Part shown: positions 11,469 through 23,033 of the stretch, one piece after another | Layout of the letters: each line of letters begins with the position of its first letter | How positions within the stretch are numbered: the first letter of the stretch is position 1 | From: Atractiella rhizophila | Taxonomy: Eukaryota | DNA: 33,166 bases | Assembly (NCBI GenBank): GCA_021432655.1 | Contig: MU271298.1 | Span: forward strand, 62,104 to 95,269 | Direction of reading: 5' to 3' | Translations under genes and position numbers: made by a program | The notes under the pieces: generated by a model | The model's database searches: none | Told to the model about the DNA's origin: nothing | Seen by the model: only the letters and a program-made list of their open reading frames with translations

Positions 11469-12384
11469 TTGCTTGTCAGCCACGCATCAGTAGATATGGA
11501 CGGGAGTACTCAAGGCATCCCAATGCGCTATGACGAGGAAGATCAACTAGTCGCTCCCATCCTACCACGTTTGACAAAGCTTAAGCTCACCAGCGATTTC
11601 TTAGGGAACCTAGTCGATTCTTTCCCACACCTCCGCCTCTCATCATGGTTGGTGCGATTGAAGCTAAGAGGTTCCAATAATGGCGGCCGCACAAGATGCC
11701 CAAGCTCAAGAGTTCCAATGTCACTTTCGGCATTTGCAGAGATTGACCCTGCGTAGTAAAAATAAAGAGCTGACAGTCAAGCTCATGCAACCTTTGTTCA
11801 ACCCTGTCTTGCACCTCCACATCCTCATGCGACTGGACACAGATTCGACCACATTTGTGTCAGCAGCACAGCTCAAGTCTTTCCTCCAGATCTCGCAACC
11901 TCGAATTCTCGACATTTTCCTTGAGAGTTCCTTCGAGACTTTGGACTTTCTCCTCACATCAGGTCACACAATTCCTGGCATCCAAGACATGCGCCTCTCA
12001 GGCAGTTTCTCTGATCCTAATTCACGCTGGGGCGATTGTACTTATGATTCTTCAACTTTCAGCCGTGGTTCGTGTGCCGCCAAAAGTCTCACGTTCCGAT
12101 TTCATGTTGCTTTGCGTTCGCGTCACCACACGCCTTATATAACCAACGATACCTACGTCGGCGATGGAGGATATGCACCGTTGATTACGTTTTTTCCCGC
12201 CGCAACTTGGACTGATCAGCTGGAAAACCTCACGTTTCAACACCTGTCTCATGGAGTTCCAACTATTTACTTGACCCGAAAACAATGGTCCAACTATGAA
12301 AGCTTGAAGGAGCAACTTGGGGCAAGATTTGCGGTTATAGGATTGGAGTTCTTCAAGGCGAATGAGACCGATGTTGATACATGA
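11469..12384 (+). pseudogene. Hypothetical protein with LRR-like LxxLxL repeats (F-box/LRR-like C-terminus), frameshifted and apparently 5'-truncated
   Basis: LPRLTKLKL, LVRLKL (ORF 11469) overlap out of frame with FRHLQRLTL, IQDMRL, LENLTF (234-aa ORF 11680-12384). Confidence 0.4.
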
Positions 12385-12674
12385 TCACGACGAATTATCC
12401 AGGTCAACATGTAATATGGTTGACTATTTATGGGATTAAATGTCATGTAACGACATGCGACCAACCTTAAGAATCGAGTCATTGGTTAGCTTGTGGCATT
12501 TAAAATGTCACCATTACTTGTTGATAGAAGCAAGTTGGGCAGGAATGCCAGCCAACATTTTCATCAGGATCCTATTTTTGTGGGAGGCAGGGTTGAACGT
12601 TGATCCCTAAAGTACCGTTAGTAGTCCACTGTGTCCTTAGCCTCTGGGGGCCACGGTTTTGATCTCCAAGTTTC

Positions 12675-12766
12675 TAGGTCTCTTCACCGTCACCGCATGG
12701 ACGGTCGACGGGACGGACGGCGTCTCAGTACCAAACTTCGACGGTACGGGACGGTGAAGAGCCCTA
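12675..12766. mobile_element. 92-bp hAT-type MITE
   Basis: TIRs TAGGTCTCTTCACCGTC / GACGGTGAAGAGCCCTA (16/17); perfect 8-bp TSD CAAGTTTC at 12667-12674 and 12767-12774; internal ACGG/CCGT repeats. Confidence 0.92.
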
Positions 12767-13910
12767 CAAGTTTCTTATATGGCTACCAACTCCATGTCTT
12801 GTTTCGTCACCTTGCTGGATCCGACAGGTCTTACAGAGTGTTTGTGGATGGCAAGGTGCTTTTAAACCTCATTTAGCTCCTCATTTTGAATTATGGCCAT
12901 GACGTCCGGCCTCGTTTTTTATGGCTCTCAGCCTCCGGTGGACTCAGCCAGGCCTTTCGCAGCCAATTCAAGCCTCGACGAGGAGGAAGGACAGAGCAGA
13001 GGGACAGTCACTTTGGCAGCTGAGGTGCGTCGCCTGTTCAGGTAAAGGTAAGGGTTGTGGTCGTTGGGGCAAGGGCCAAAAGTGTGCCCATATTCTGTTA
13101 TTGCTATTGCACGGCACGCTTGCGCTATCTGAGCCTTTGCTCGGCCATCTTCCATTGTCAGGTTGACATTTATGGGGAATGAAATCCTTGCATGTGCGTA
13201 GTGGAAGATGCTGGCCTGGCGCGTCCTTAAACAGAAGGTTGCAGTTTTAAGGAGCAGCGCTGTCCGCCGCCAGCAACGGGCTCCAGAGGGCTAGTCTCGC
13301 CTCAGGGCCATGGATTGAGAATGGGGCAAGCCACAGCTTCCCGCTCGACCAATTCGGACGGGAATGCGCGCCTTTGTTCTGTTTCCACTTTCTCTACAAT
13401 CAATAGGTCAACGCTTGAATATCTTTCAGGAACCTATTGTAACGAATCAACAACGCAGGCTTTATGTTCAAATAATGGGACAATGCTGCCTTGTATGTAA
13501 GAAGGTTGGTATCACATGACACGCAAGATGGCCAGAGAAGCGGGACGGTAAAGCACGAAGAAGGAAGCTCGAAAGACGAATAAGAAGTTGGAAGCAAGGT
13601 TGAAGCCATTGAGGCCGATAAGGGTATAGTTCTTTACGTTGTATAAACAGTAAACCTGCTCTTCCAAACATTCAGAGAATTCTTCAGGAGTGAGTTGGTC
13701 CAAGTCTTGTGCAGAACAAGCAAGCAGATTATATTTACAGTAGACCATATGAGGAATGAGGAGAGGCTACTACACAAGAGAACACATGGATTAAACCAGA
13801 GATGTCCGTGGAATCGATGAAATGTCCACATTCAATCACTTCACACACATGAAGCCTCCTTGCCTCATCTTTCCTCTTTCCAGATGCACTTCCTGAAATG
13901 ACCTAACTTT

Positions 13911-15510
13911 TCAAGCCCTCTTTATCCCGACTACCCCGATCCACCTATCTACCGCATCACAGCTCTCAGTGGTCTCGCCTTTCATGCGCTCTAGTTCATT
14001 GCGGAGTGCTCGTTCGAGTGATTCTAGGCGAGATGGAGAGGTGCCGAGATGCTTTTGGAAAGGAAGCGATAGGGAATGAAAGTGAAGGAGGATGCTCTCC
14101 CTCATTGACGCAGCATTAGTCTCGCTCATTTGGGCTCCTTCGTCCTGTTCGAACCCTGATGAGCTGCTTGTAGAACCTGGAGTAAGTGTCGGTGGTGAAG
14201 AGCAGAGTGCTAAGGGTTGTGCGTATGGCGTTATAACGAAAGTTACAGTGAATGGAAAACGAACGAATGTCAACTATCCGAACTGCTCGTCACGTCAGTC
14301 TTCCTTCTAGTTGATTTTATTGAAACAATGGGAACATACCTGTGACCTCACGAATTCCCTTCAACAGCTCCACCTGATTTTGAAGTTTACGAGCCGTATT
14401 GCCGTGGCCGCTAATGGTGGAATGCAATACCTTCACAAGTTCGTTGAATTCGCTTAAGGACGTGTACAGGGTGGAAGACGGTGAAAAGAGGCCAGCGGGC
14501 TCCATAACGTGCAGAATTCCCCCATCGCGAAGCGAAAAAGCGCATTCTTCGAGCAGTTTTCCATACTCAGATATCTGAAAGATCACTCAAAGTCACGTCA
14601 GATGATGAGGAGTGATGTCGACCCACTCCCGAAGCTAGGTCTCTGCCCGTTATGATCAGTCACGTTCCTCCTAGTGCCGAAGGACAAACGCACCTAATGT
14701 AGATGAAATCAAAGGAATCCTGCTCGGATTTAGATGACATTCAGCATCCCCTCCGAGTTATGATCAGACGGAAACAAATCTCTTTGACTCACTGCTGGAT
14801 AATCCAAACCTAGCGATACGTCGTCGATCAAGAAGTGGCAGTTTGGAGGAACTTCTGTCGGGTAACTAGGTACGAGGTCGAAACTGCACATTCCAACAGA
14901 ACAGAATCAGCAAGTGCTCTGGGTGCGAGTTGTCTCAAAAGTGTAAGGGAATGAGAATGTGGAAGCCTACGCTGTCACTCGGGCGAGTGGGAACTCATCA
15001 GCCAGCTCGATAGCCACACACCCTGTACCACAACCTAGCCATTCGCATTAGCCACTCAACAGTCTAAAAATGGAGCAAATTTAGTACCAACGTCGAGAGC
15101 ACCTTTTGGGCCTTTCAGCGTCGTCGCTCCTATCTCGGGATCAATAACAAGGAGAGCATTAAGCCTGATCTCCAACATCCAATTGCTGCCATCTGTCAGC
15201 CACAGCAGTTGAGAAAGCACATAAATCTAATAAGGAAAGAATGCATGCTTAAACGAGATTTTATTGCCTAAGTCGAGTTTAGTTTACGACTAGGAAGTGG
15301 GAAGCAACAAACCTCGTGCAATATTTTTTGTCTGGCAACTCAGACTGTCACTCGAGCTGGATAGAGCCAGAAGAAAACAAACCGTCTATATTCGCCTTCA
15401 TCACAACTTCAAAGACCCCAAGTCACTTTTGTTAACAGAAGAAAGTGAGCACAAACGGGTAGACATAAGAAGCTCCTCCTTTCGCGTGGTAAGTTCTTCC
15501 AGCCTCATTT
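13911..15510 (-). CDS. LaeA-like class I SAM-dependent methyltransferase (many short exons; 5' end not identified; may be a pseudogene)
   Basis: Spliced reading gives GRTYHAKGGASYVYP|CDEGEYRR (exon 15510-15457), ALDVG|CGTG-CVAIELADEFP (intron 15087-15035), FDLVPSYPTEVPPNCHFLIDDV, DSFDFIYIR, LLEECAFSLRDGGILHVME and C-terminal LRNELE...WIGVVGIKRA. Confidence 0.78.
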
Positions 15511-15539
15511 CTGTAATATTGAGCAGTATTACTCAAAGT

Positions 15540-17795
15540 CGTGCTCGGAATCATTGTCTTGGTTCTCCTCCCTCAAGCCCCACTCGCATCGCATCCGCTC
15601 GTCCCACGGCGTCGTCACGCAAGCGATTGGCATCGGCACTGTCAAAGTGTTAACAAAAATCAAAGGAGTAGAAAGAGAAATTGAGATCACTGACACTCTC
15701 TATGACCCTGAAATCGACTGTGCCCTCCTCTCCACCGACAAGTTAAACACCCACGGCTTCGACATTGTGTTCTCGGCGAACAGGCAAGAGAAGGTGGTGA
15801 AGGGTGATGGTGCGGTGGTCGCTGAAATCGTTGCTGAAGGTGGACTGTGAAGATTGGATGCGTCAGTAATCATGAATGAAAGTACAAGCTCAAAACTCAC
15901 GAGCGCCGCAAAGCCGGCCTCTTCACATGTCTGGCACTGCCATTTAGGGCACATCAGGAGTGGGAGCCCCAAGCTGTTGCAAGAAAAGGGAATGGTCAGA
16001 GGACTAGAGATAGGAGATGAGCATCACCACTCACCGTGCGTGCACCGGATGCCTCCTTGGTCAACAACGCAAACTCCCATTCCCCTCCGGCTCCGCCGAA
16101 CGCACAAAGGAGAAGCTCGAATTGATCCACACCGATGTATGGGTCCTGCGCCCGTCAAATCACTCGGAGGATCTGAATACTGGCTCAGCTTCACGGACGA
16201 CGCAACGAGAAGAAAGTGGATTTACTTACTCAAGTATAAATCCAATGTCTTCTCCATGTTCAAGGAATTCAAAGCGAAAGTTGAACTCGAAACTGGCCTG
16301 AAGATCAAAAGAATGAGATCAGACAACAGTGGCGAATATACAAGGAACGAGTTCAAGACATACCTCAAATCCCACGGCATCAAACACAGGCACACAGCTG
16401 CCTACACACCTCAGCAGAATGGCGTTGCCGAACGCCTCAACCTAACAATCGCCGCCCTCATTCGCTCAACGCTACACACGTCGGACCTCCCCAAGAAGTT
16501 GTGAGGAGAACTCGCCATGGCCGCTATCCAAATCATCAACCGGCGCCCCTACCTCTGTGAGACTCTACTGTAAAAAGCGAGTTCCTTTAGCTCGACTAGA
16601 GCGAGAACTAAGAGGCTCAATCAATAAATGAGAGCTTAAACGAAAAGGAGAGACAGGAACCAGCTTATGCTAGCCACACTGAAGTGTAGGGCCTCTTATC
16701 AAGCTATTTGGTCTCAGAATAAAGACAATGGATCTTACAGGGGCGCTTCTACGGCCCGGGGGACTTACCTCGATTCTTACCGCACTTTCTGCTGTGACTG
16801 CGAAGTAAGGTGATGAGGAATAAGATGAATTTACATGAACAAGTGAGGCCTCTTTTAGAGGCCAATGAATCGGATAAAAGATCAGACAGCATCGCAGGAA
16901 CCCACAATACATGAGTAGATAGAAATATAGAATAATCGGAAAGCATGGAACGAAGAGGAAGCTGAAGGGAATCGAACGAGGCTCACCAGGGAATCGACGG
17001 ATCTTGCCTTCCAGTTTCTGGATAAGGCTAAGATACCATGCAGTTATCTTCCCTTCTTCTCCCGATCGATTGTACGCGCTTGGAGAGGTGTAGAGAGACG
17101 GGGGAGTTGGGAGGTATACAGTGGTCAATGTGACTTCCAAGTTAGGCAGGAGCCGCTTCCAGAATAGGAAGGTATTGCCGCATGTGAGCGGGTTGACCGT
17201 TGTATCTCACAACCTCCGCACTTGAAGGAAAGACTCCGTTCGAAGCCTGGACAGGAAAGATGCCGTCAGTGGATCACTTGCGAGTGTTGGGATGCAAGAC
17301 TCACAGTCTGATCCCTCCTGAGCCAAACCGACAGAAGCTTGATGTGCGCTCGATGGAGGGGAGGCTGGTGGGTTATGATTGGGAGAGCAAAACGTATAGG
17401 ATCTATAATCCCAAGAACGGATCAGTAACCAAGCACCTACATGTTCAATTCGACAAAACGTACCCCACAACACTCCTACAGCCTATGAAGTCCAAACGAG
17501 TGAACCAGCAGATCCCCCTGTTCCCGAAACAGAGTCAGCTCCAGTCGTAACAGGAAAACAACCGAATGAGGGGGAGAAACTTACCGAAGTGCCATCGAAA
17601 GCGAAACCAGAACCGCCAGCGCCTCGAGAATGCCTACAGCGCACACGGCGGATCCCCACCTGCAGAAGCTCAGAAAGAAAGCAGACCTAAGTACTTTGGT
17701 GACTCACCATTGTAAGATGCAGTAGCCCACATCACAGTAGCCTCCCACAACCTCACTCCGACTTATGAAGAGGTTATCACCGGTCCGAACGCCAC
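15540..17795 (+). mobile_element. Degenerate internal fragment of a Ty1/Copia LTR retrotransposon (protease C-part, GAG-pre-integrase, integrase); no LTRs or RT
   Basis: AIGIGTV, WHCHLGH, CTGCLLGQQRKLPF, LELIHTDV, FTDDATR, RSDNSGEY, TPQQNGVAERLN, LRVLGC and PTYEEVITGP. Stops at 15848-15850 and 16502-16504 plus several frameshifts. Confidence 0.9.
16556..17211. mobile_element. Solo LTR (656 bp) inserted in the Copia integrase
   Basis: Ends TGTGAGA...TCTCACA; 5-bp TSD ACCTC at 16551-16555 and 17212-17216; removal rejoins INRRP|TSALEGKTPFEAW (with a 1-nt slip). Confidence 0.9.
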
Positions 17796-19354
17796 CAGCG
17801 TGGGAGCGAGGCTGCAACGTGCGAGACCAACCAATGAGAATGTGGTCTCGCACTCGCAGGGCAATTCGCTTTTTTCAGAGAAAGGTGCTGAATAATGAGA
17901 AGGCGTAATTGGAAGTAAAAAGAAAACTTCAGCATACACCACGATATTGATACTAGGGGACGTGAATGCTCCCCGAAATTTAAAGTAGGAGGCGTAATTG
18001 CTCCGGTCACCTCACTTTCATCCGTTCTGTTCTTTCATGAAAATAACAGTTTGAACTCGTATGCGTTTGATCCATCTCACCCATCAAAATGACCGAGGAA
18101 GACCTCTTTGATCGTTTGATCCAAATTATTCTTTGAAATGGCCGGTCGCATGCGTGGTAACTACCAGATATGTCGGCACCTGAACTTTAACACGTTGTCC
18201 CTGTTACTTAATGACACCTCATTTTCTGCATCCAAACATAAAAATCTGCCTCCGATCTCTTCAATTTGGATCAAAATCCTAAATCCAACCCTTTCCTCAG
18301 TCATTTCCTGGATCGGTTCCATCAAAGCCCACCTCAGGTGCAACTTGCATCAACATCCTAAATCCACGTTCCGTCACAATTCGAATCAAATCTATTACAA
18401 ACCTTTACATCCATCAAATCGTGTTACACAGCAACTGTCAGAGTTTGGCACCGTTTTAAGCTGCATTCGTGCCACTGTCATTTGTGGCTCTAGTTTTCTC
18501 TCCCCTTTGCCGTTTCTCTCTTTTTGCCGAGTTCCTTAAGGTATAAAAAGTCCATTATAACTTCATTGTAATTCATTCCTTTCGACGCTTGGAATCAACA
18601 GCAACCACCCATCCCTTGGATCCGCCGAGACACAATCAAAATCCTAATCACTTCCTGTTGGAGATGTGTAAAATGTTAGTAATACTTTGTTCATGAACAT
18701 TCTGGAACTTTCTATTTGCCACAAGCTCTCATGTATATAAACACCTGTTCTTATGTTTCTGCTGCTCATGTGTTTGCAAGAGCTCAGCCAAACGTAATAC
18801 ATTTGTTTGAGGTTAACAAAGTAGCAGACAAAAACAACAATCTTTGCCAAGGTGCCGGGAGGATTCCTCTATCGCGACATGACCAACTTCACTTTCCCGC
18901 TTGAGACCTGATAAGCGGCTGCGACAGCGGGAGCTACAGAGGGACGACAACTACGGCAACGACGTTAGGCAGGCAGATGGAGGGCTGATTAGAAAGGGGC
19001 GGAGGGCTGGTGGAGGAAGAAGTGTAAGCGTCATGCAGCTACAGGGACTTACTCGAGTGCATACGACAGATGTTTTAGCAAGAAACACTCGACTGACGAC
19101 GGGTGCACAAGCGCAGCATTTGTAGGGGGCTGATTTCAGTCACTGAAGTAAAAAATGAGATTGCACCAACCCAACACCAGTCATAATCATATTCTATTCC
19201 CACAAAAGCACTCGGAGACACTGAACAAGGGCGATAAGCACACACTGTCGACTGCCTCGTTATGTGCATGAGAATGAGCATGATAATGGATAGGGGATTC
19301 GTTGAGGGAACAAAGCGAGATGCAACGCTTGAGGGCGGAATGAACGTTCCTCCC

Positions 19355-20521
19355 CAGGATGCACAACGGGACGTGGCGGGTCCAGAACCCGTACTTCGTT
19401 CCCGTCTTTTTTGGCGTGCGTAGAGCTCAGAAACACGTCTCAAACCGCACGCATTTTTGACGGGACGGGAAGACGTGCGGCAGACCTGAAGGAGTGTTCC
19501 CGTCTTCGTACGCCAACACGTCTCCTAACGTGGCTCCAGATTTCTATAGCTGTGCAATTTATGTAGGATCTTTTTAGTCAACCAGGCCAGGTCGGCTGGC
19601 TCATCAAGAACAAGAAGTCAGAGGTTCCTTTGTGCACTTGGTACCTGTCCAATGTAAGACCAGAATCTTCTTCTGACTAGTCTCGCCTCAGTCGCTCCAG
19701 TGCTCCATTCAAGTGTTGATCCCAAAGTGTCGATAGAAGGCAGCAAACCAAACCATCTTCCTCCGACAACTCTTGTTCCATCGCAGCTTGACAGTACAAA
19801 ACGGTAGCAACACTCTCGTATTCAGCAAAACTTACGCAGAAGGCTAATCAGCGTATGAAGGAGTTTCAAGAAGATGAGGACTTGCAACCAAATATCTGGT
19901 TTAGTCTCCCTGAGGATCCTCTGGAAATCTATCACACAGGTCGAAAACGGATTTGAAGGAGCGGTCTCAGATGGCAAGGGATATTCTGTCCATTCCTGGT
20001 TTGGGTTTCCTTCATTCGTCTTCTTATTCAATTCTGAGGCTGATTATTCATTTTTAGGCTGTTCGGTAGCTGTGGAATGCATCTTCAGCGGAGCACGAGA
20101 TACGATAGGGATCTGCCGCACACGCCTCAAGCCCAACACTATTCAGTCTCTCGTGGTTCTTAAGGCTCAGCTATGATTGGAGAGAGATCGAAAGGCAAAG
20201 AAACTAAAGGCAGGCCTGGCTGCCATTGCGAAAGGAACTTCAAGTTGAGCAGGTTGAAAAGTTCTTTATACATACATTCGCATCTTGACTTCTCAGCTTC
20301 ACTCAATGTGCTTTATTTTACATTATCTAGCCTAGTAATGTCAACATTGCATGTTATTACAAGACGTGAGGCTTTTGCCGGCTACAAACCCGTTACCGCA
20401 ACCTTTGACGTGCGACTCAGCGAGTGGAACACGTCTGCCCGTACCCGCCCGCATTCACTTGACGTGAAGAAGCTCACGTCGCCCCTACACACGCCACGCC
20501 ACGCCACGTTGTGCATCCCTA
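19355..20521 (+). mobile_element. Internally deleted hAT element
   Basis: Ends CAGGATGCACAACG.. and reverse complement TAGGGATGCACAACG..; subterminal ACGGGACG / CCACG repeats; contains a hAT dimerisation-domain remnant. No TSD visible. Confidence 0.65.
19965..20176 (+). pseudogene. hAT transposase C-terminal dimerisation domain remnant
   Basis: SQMARDILSIPG|intron ~19999-20057|CSVAVECIFSGARDTIGICRTRLKPNTIQSLVVLK. Confidence 0.85.
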
Positions 20522-20539
20522 GAAGGTTGTAGCCTTTGA

Positions 20540-21118
20540 ATCCCAGTCCCAGTCCCTTCGGTGCTTCCGGGCGGTACGAAAACTTAAACCGTCCCGTATC
20601 GTATCGTCCCACACAGGTTGCTGCCAGAGGACGGCCGCAAACGGTTATAGCCTGCATACTTCTGACGTAATCCGGGTTCCGGGCACCCCGCACAGCATTT
20701 TCACCAGAGATTGTGATGAGACATTATACGACTCATCAACCCATGGAGCAGGAAGTTGGATCATCGAGTGCTGGAACCTTCTCCTTTGCCACTTTGATTG
20801 TCGTTCCTCCTTTCTACTGTCGACCCCCGAGGGGACCTGTCCCGCTGCTCCAGACAACTGCAGAAGCATTTGAGGACTGATGCAAACTGATGTTTTAACA
20901 AGTGCGATGAAATTCATCACAAGGGAACAAGGAATCAATCCCCAAGTAGGGTCGAAGAAACAATAGTGTCGAGTTGGGTCATAACGGACGGGACGCGGAG
21001 CAAGCAAAGCCGTATTGTATCGGCCTTTCTCAAATGTGTTCAAAATCACAGACGGCCGGGTACGAAAGCACCGTGTCGGACCGTACGGCACAAAATTTCC
21101 GGACCGATAGCCATAGTG
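20540..21118. mobile_element. Degenerate hAT-like non-autonomous relic
   Basis: Two blocks rich in CCGTCCCGTATCGTATCG / ACGGACGGGACG; the right end reverse complement (..ATGGCTATCGG) resembles the end at 21705 (GATGGCTATCG). Confidence 0.4.
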
Positions 21119-21166
21119 AATAGATAGAGAAAAGAAATGCGACGGTGTTGTGGCTCCCAAAAAAAA

Positions 21167-21213
21167 CATGACTCCCATACGGAAGCAAATCATTTATCCG
21201 AATGGGAGTCATG
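21167..21213. repeat. Inverted repeat / hairpin, 17-bp arms
   Basis: CATGACTCCCATACGGA ... TCCGAATGGGAGTCATG (16/17). Confidence 0.8.
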
Positions 21214-21704
21214 GCGAGTCATCACTCCGCCTTCACTTGAAGTTTCTCTCACCACACGGAAAACAAGAACATCCCTTAAACTATGGGATTGACGTGTGTA
21301 GAGCAAATAATATGGTAATTCTGACAGAATCTAAAGTACCTGATCTCACCCTTTGACCGCAGTGAGCTTGAAATGCGACATCTCCAGGACCACCTCCCTT
21401 CCTCTCTATCAGCAAAGTATTTATCAGCGTATTGCGAATATCATAAGTTTATAAGTTTAACTGCTCAAGGTGAGCTAAGTTGCAAATACGTGCTCAAAAT
21501 CTGATCGACCTAGCCGGCCTGACCAGGCCGTGGCATGTTGCAGCAACACCACTCAGTCCAGAGATAGGCCCTGGCGGGAAACCCTACTGGTTTTGCGGCA
21601 TGGTAGCGAAAGATGATCCGGCGGCGGGAACCAGCGCGACGACGTCGGAAGAGGGGGGATTGTGGCGCGGGGAAAGGGGCATAGGGGCATAGAATACAAA
21701 TTGT

Positions 21705-23023
21705 GAGGGATGGCTATCGTACCGTATTATCGTCTCAGCGCCACTTCCGGACGGTACGTGACCCTGTTTCGGCTCGTATCCTGTCGTATCGTACCGTAAC
21801 AAATCTCCATTGTCAGATACGTACGAGTACGGCGGAAAACGGGAGAATCCGACGGATTACGGGTTATATGGCATATAGCAATTTCATCACGTCTTAGGTG
21901 TCACGTGTCACACTTTCGTCGCTTCTGACCGGCTCTGCAGCGTCATCCTCCAATGTCATCAGCTCCATTTGCAAACTCTGTAAGCTGAGATTTCCAAAGG
22001 AAGCGCGCAATGTGATCCTGAGCATGATAAGGTCGTGTATCTCAGTATCTAGGCAATGACAGCAAATACCTACGGTATCACGAGCACCAGGGAAGATGTG
22101 CTTGACTCCCACAGCTCAACATATAGCACTGAAAAACCTGAAAACAAGTGAGCACACTTTGGGGAGACACGTTCTGGAATAGCCAGACTATCTCGAGCCA
22201 GAAAAGACAAGTTGTGCAAGTTGTGCTTTGACTCTTACTTCCAAGTGGATCAGCTCCCAAGCCAGGGTTGACAAAATCGTACGCCTCCTCCTTTCGCCAC
22301 TTGCACACTTGCGCGTTTCCACTTTCGTCGAGCGTGTTCTGGAACTGTGGCAACTTCTCTTTTGCCACAGGGATCTTAGCTATAAAAGCCTTTCACCTGC
22401 AAGTGCGAGACTCACACTTATTTGTTATCTCGCACTTCGCAGGTAATGTAGTTCCCTTACATACTAAATGCAACACACTTATTTGTTATCTCGCACTTCG
22501 CAGTGCTCGCACATTTGTCAAGGGTTACATGCTTGAAGAGATGGTTAATTTCGTTCATTACTCTATTTTCATCCACTCCCGCCTTTGGACCATGACCGAT
22601 AGAAGCGAGATAATCGAGAATGGAGAGAGTCGAAGACGTTTATATGTTTGAGGAGAGGAAGGATGTGTTATCGGTGCGAGCGCTCGTCTTGTTTCATAAG
22701 CTGCAGCCTCAATGTGTCAGTTTTGAAGAATCTAAGAACGCTGCAAAGGAAGCACGGACCATGGATTGAGAGTATGCAACTGTGCCAAACCATCGCCTCC
22801 AATGTCCTCCGTTGTAACCCATTGCTCCAGCTGCAAATTGCCTTCCTCCACCGTAACCCGTAATACGACGGATTTTCTGGATGAAAACGGACGGGACGTG
22901 GAGGATGGCGTATCGTATCGTATCGTCCCGAAGAACAGTCAAGCAGGACGGACCGGTACGGTACACGTACCGGACACGTACGTCTGGGACGGTGCGATCC
23001 GATTGCCATCGATGCCATCCCTA
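21705..23023 (-). mobile_element. Internally deleted hAT element (~1.3 kb)
   Basis: Ends GAGGGATGGC and reverse complement TAGGGATGGC (Ac-like); inner inverted block AATCCG(A/T)CG(G/T)ATTACGGGTTA; ~165-bp ACGG/CGTAT-rich subterminal regions; minus-strand remnant LARDSLAIP ... VKHIFPGARDTVGI. Confidence 0.7.
22413..22503 (+). repeat. 30-bp perfect direct repeat
   Basis: CACACTTATTTGTTATCTCGCACTTCGCAG at 22413-22442 and 22474-22503. Confidence 0.9.
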
Positions 23024-23033
23024 ATATTATACA

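Noticed and set aside
12880..13860. Several 60-80-aa ORFs on both strands
   Set aside because: No motif support and no consistent gene model.
16670..17140. 156-aa ORF with a hydrophobic stretch
   Set aside because: It lies wholly within the solo LTR and is probably incidental.
21697..23031. 8-bp TSD for the 21705-23023 hAT element (and for 19355-20521)
   Set aside because: The flanks do not match convincingly (CAAATTGT vs ATATTATA), so no TSD is claimed.
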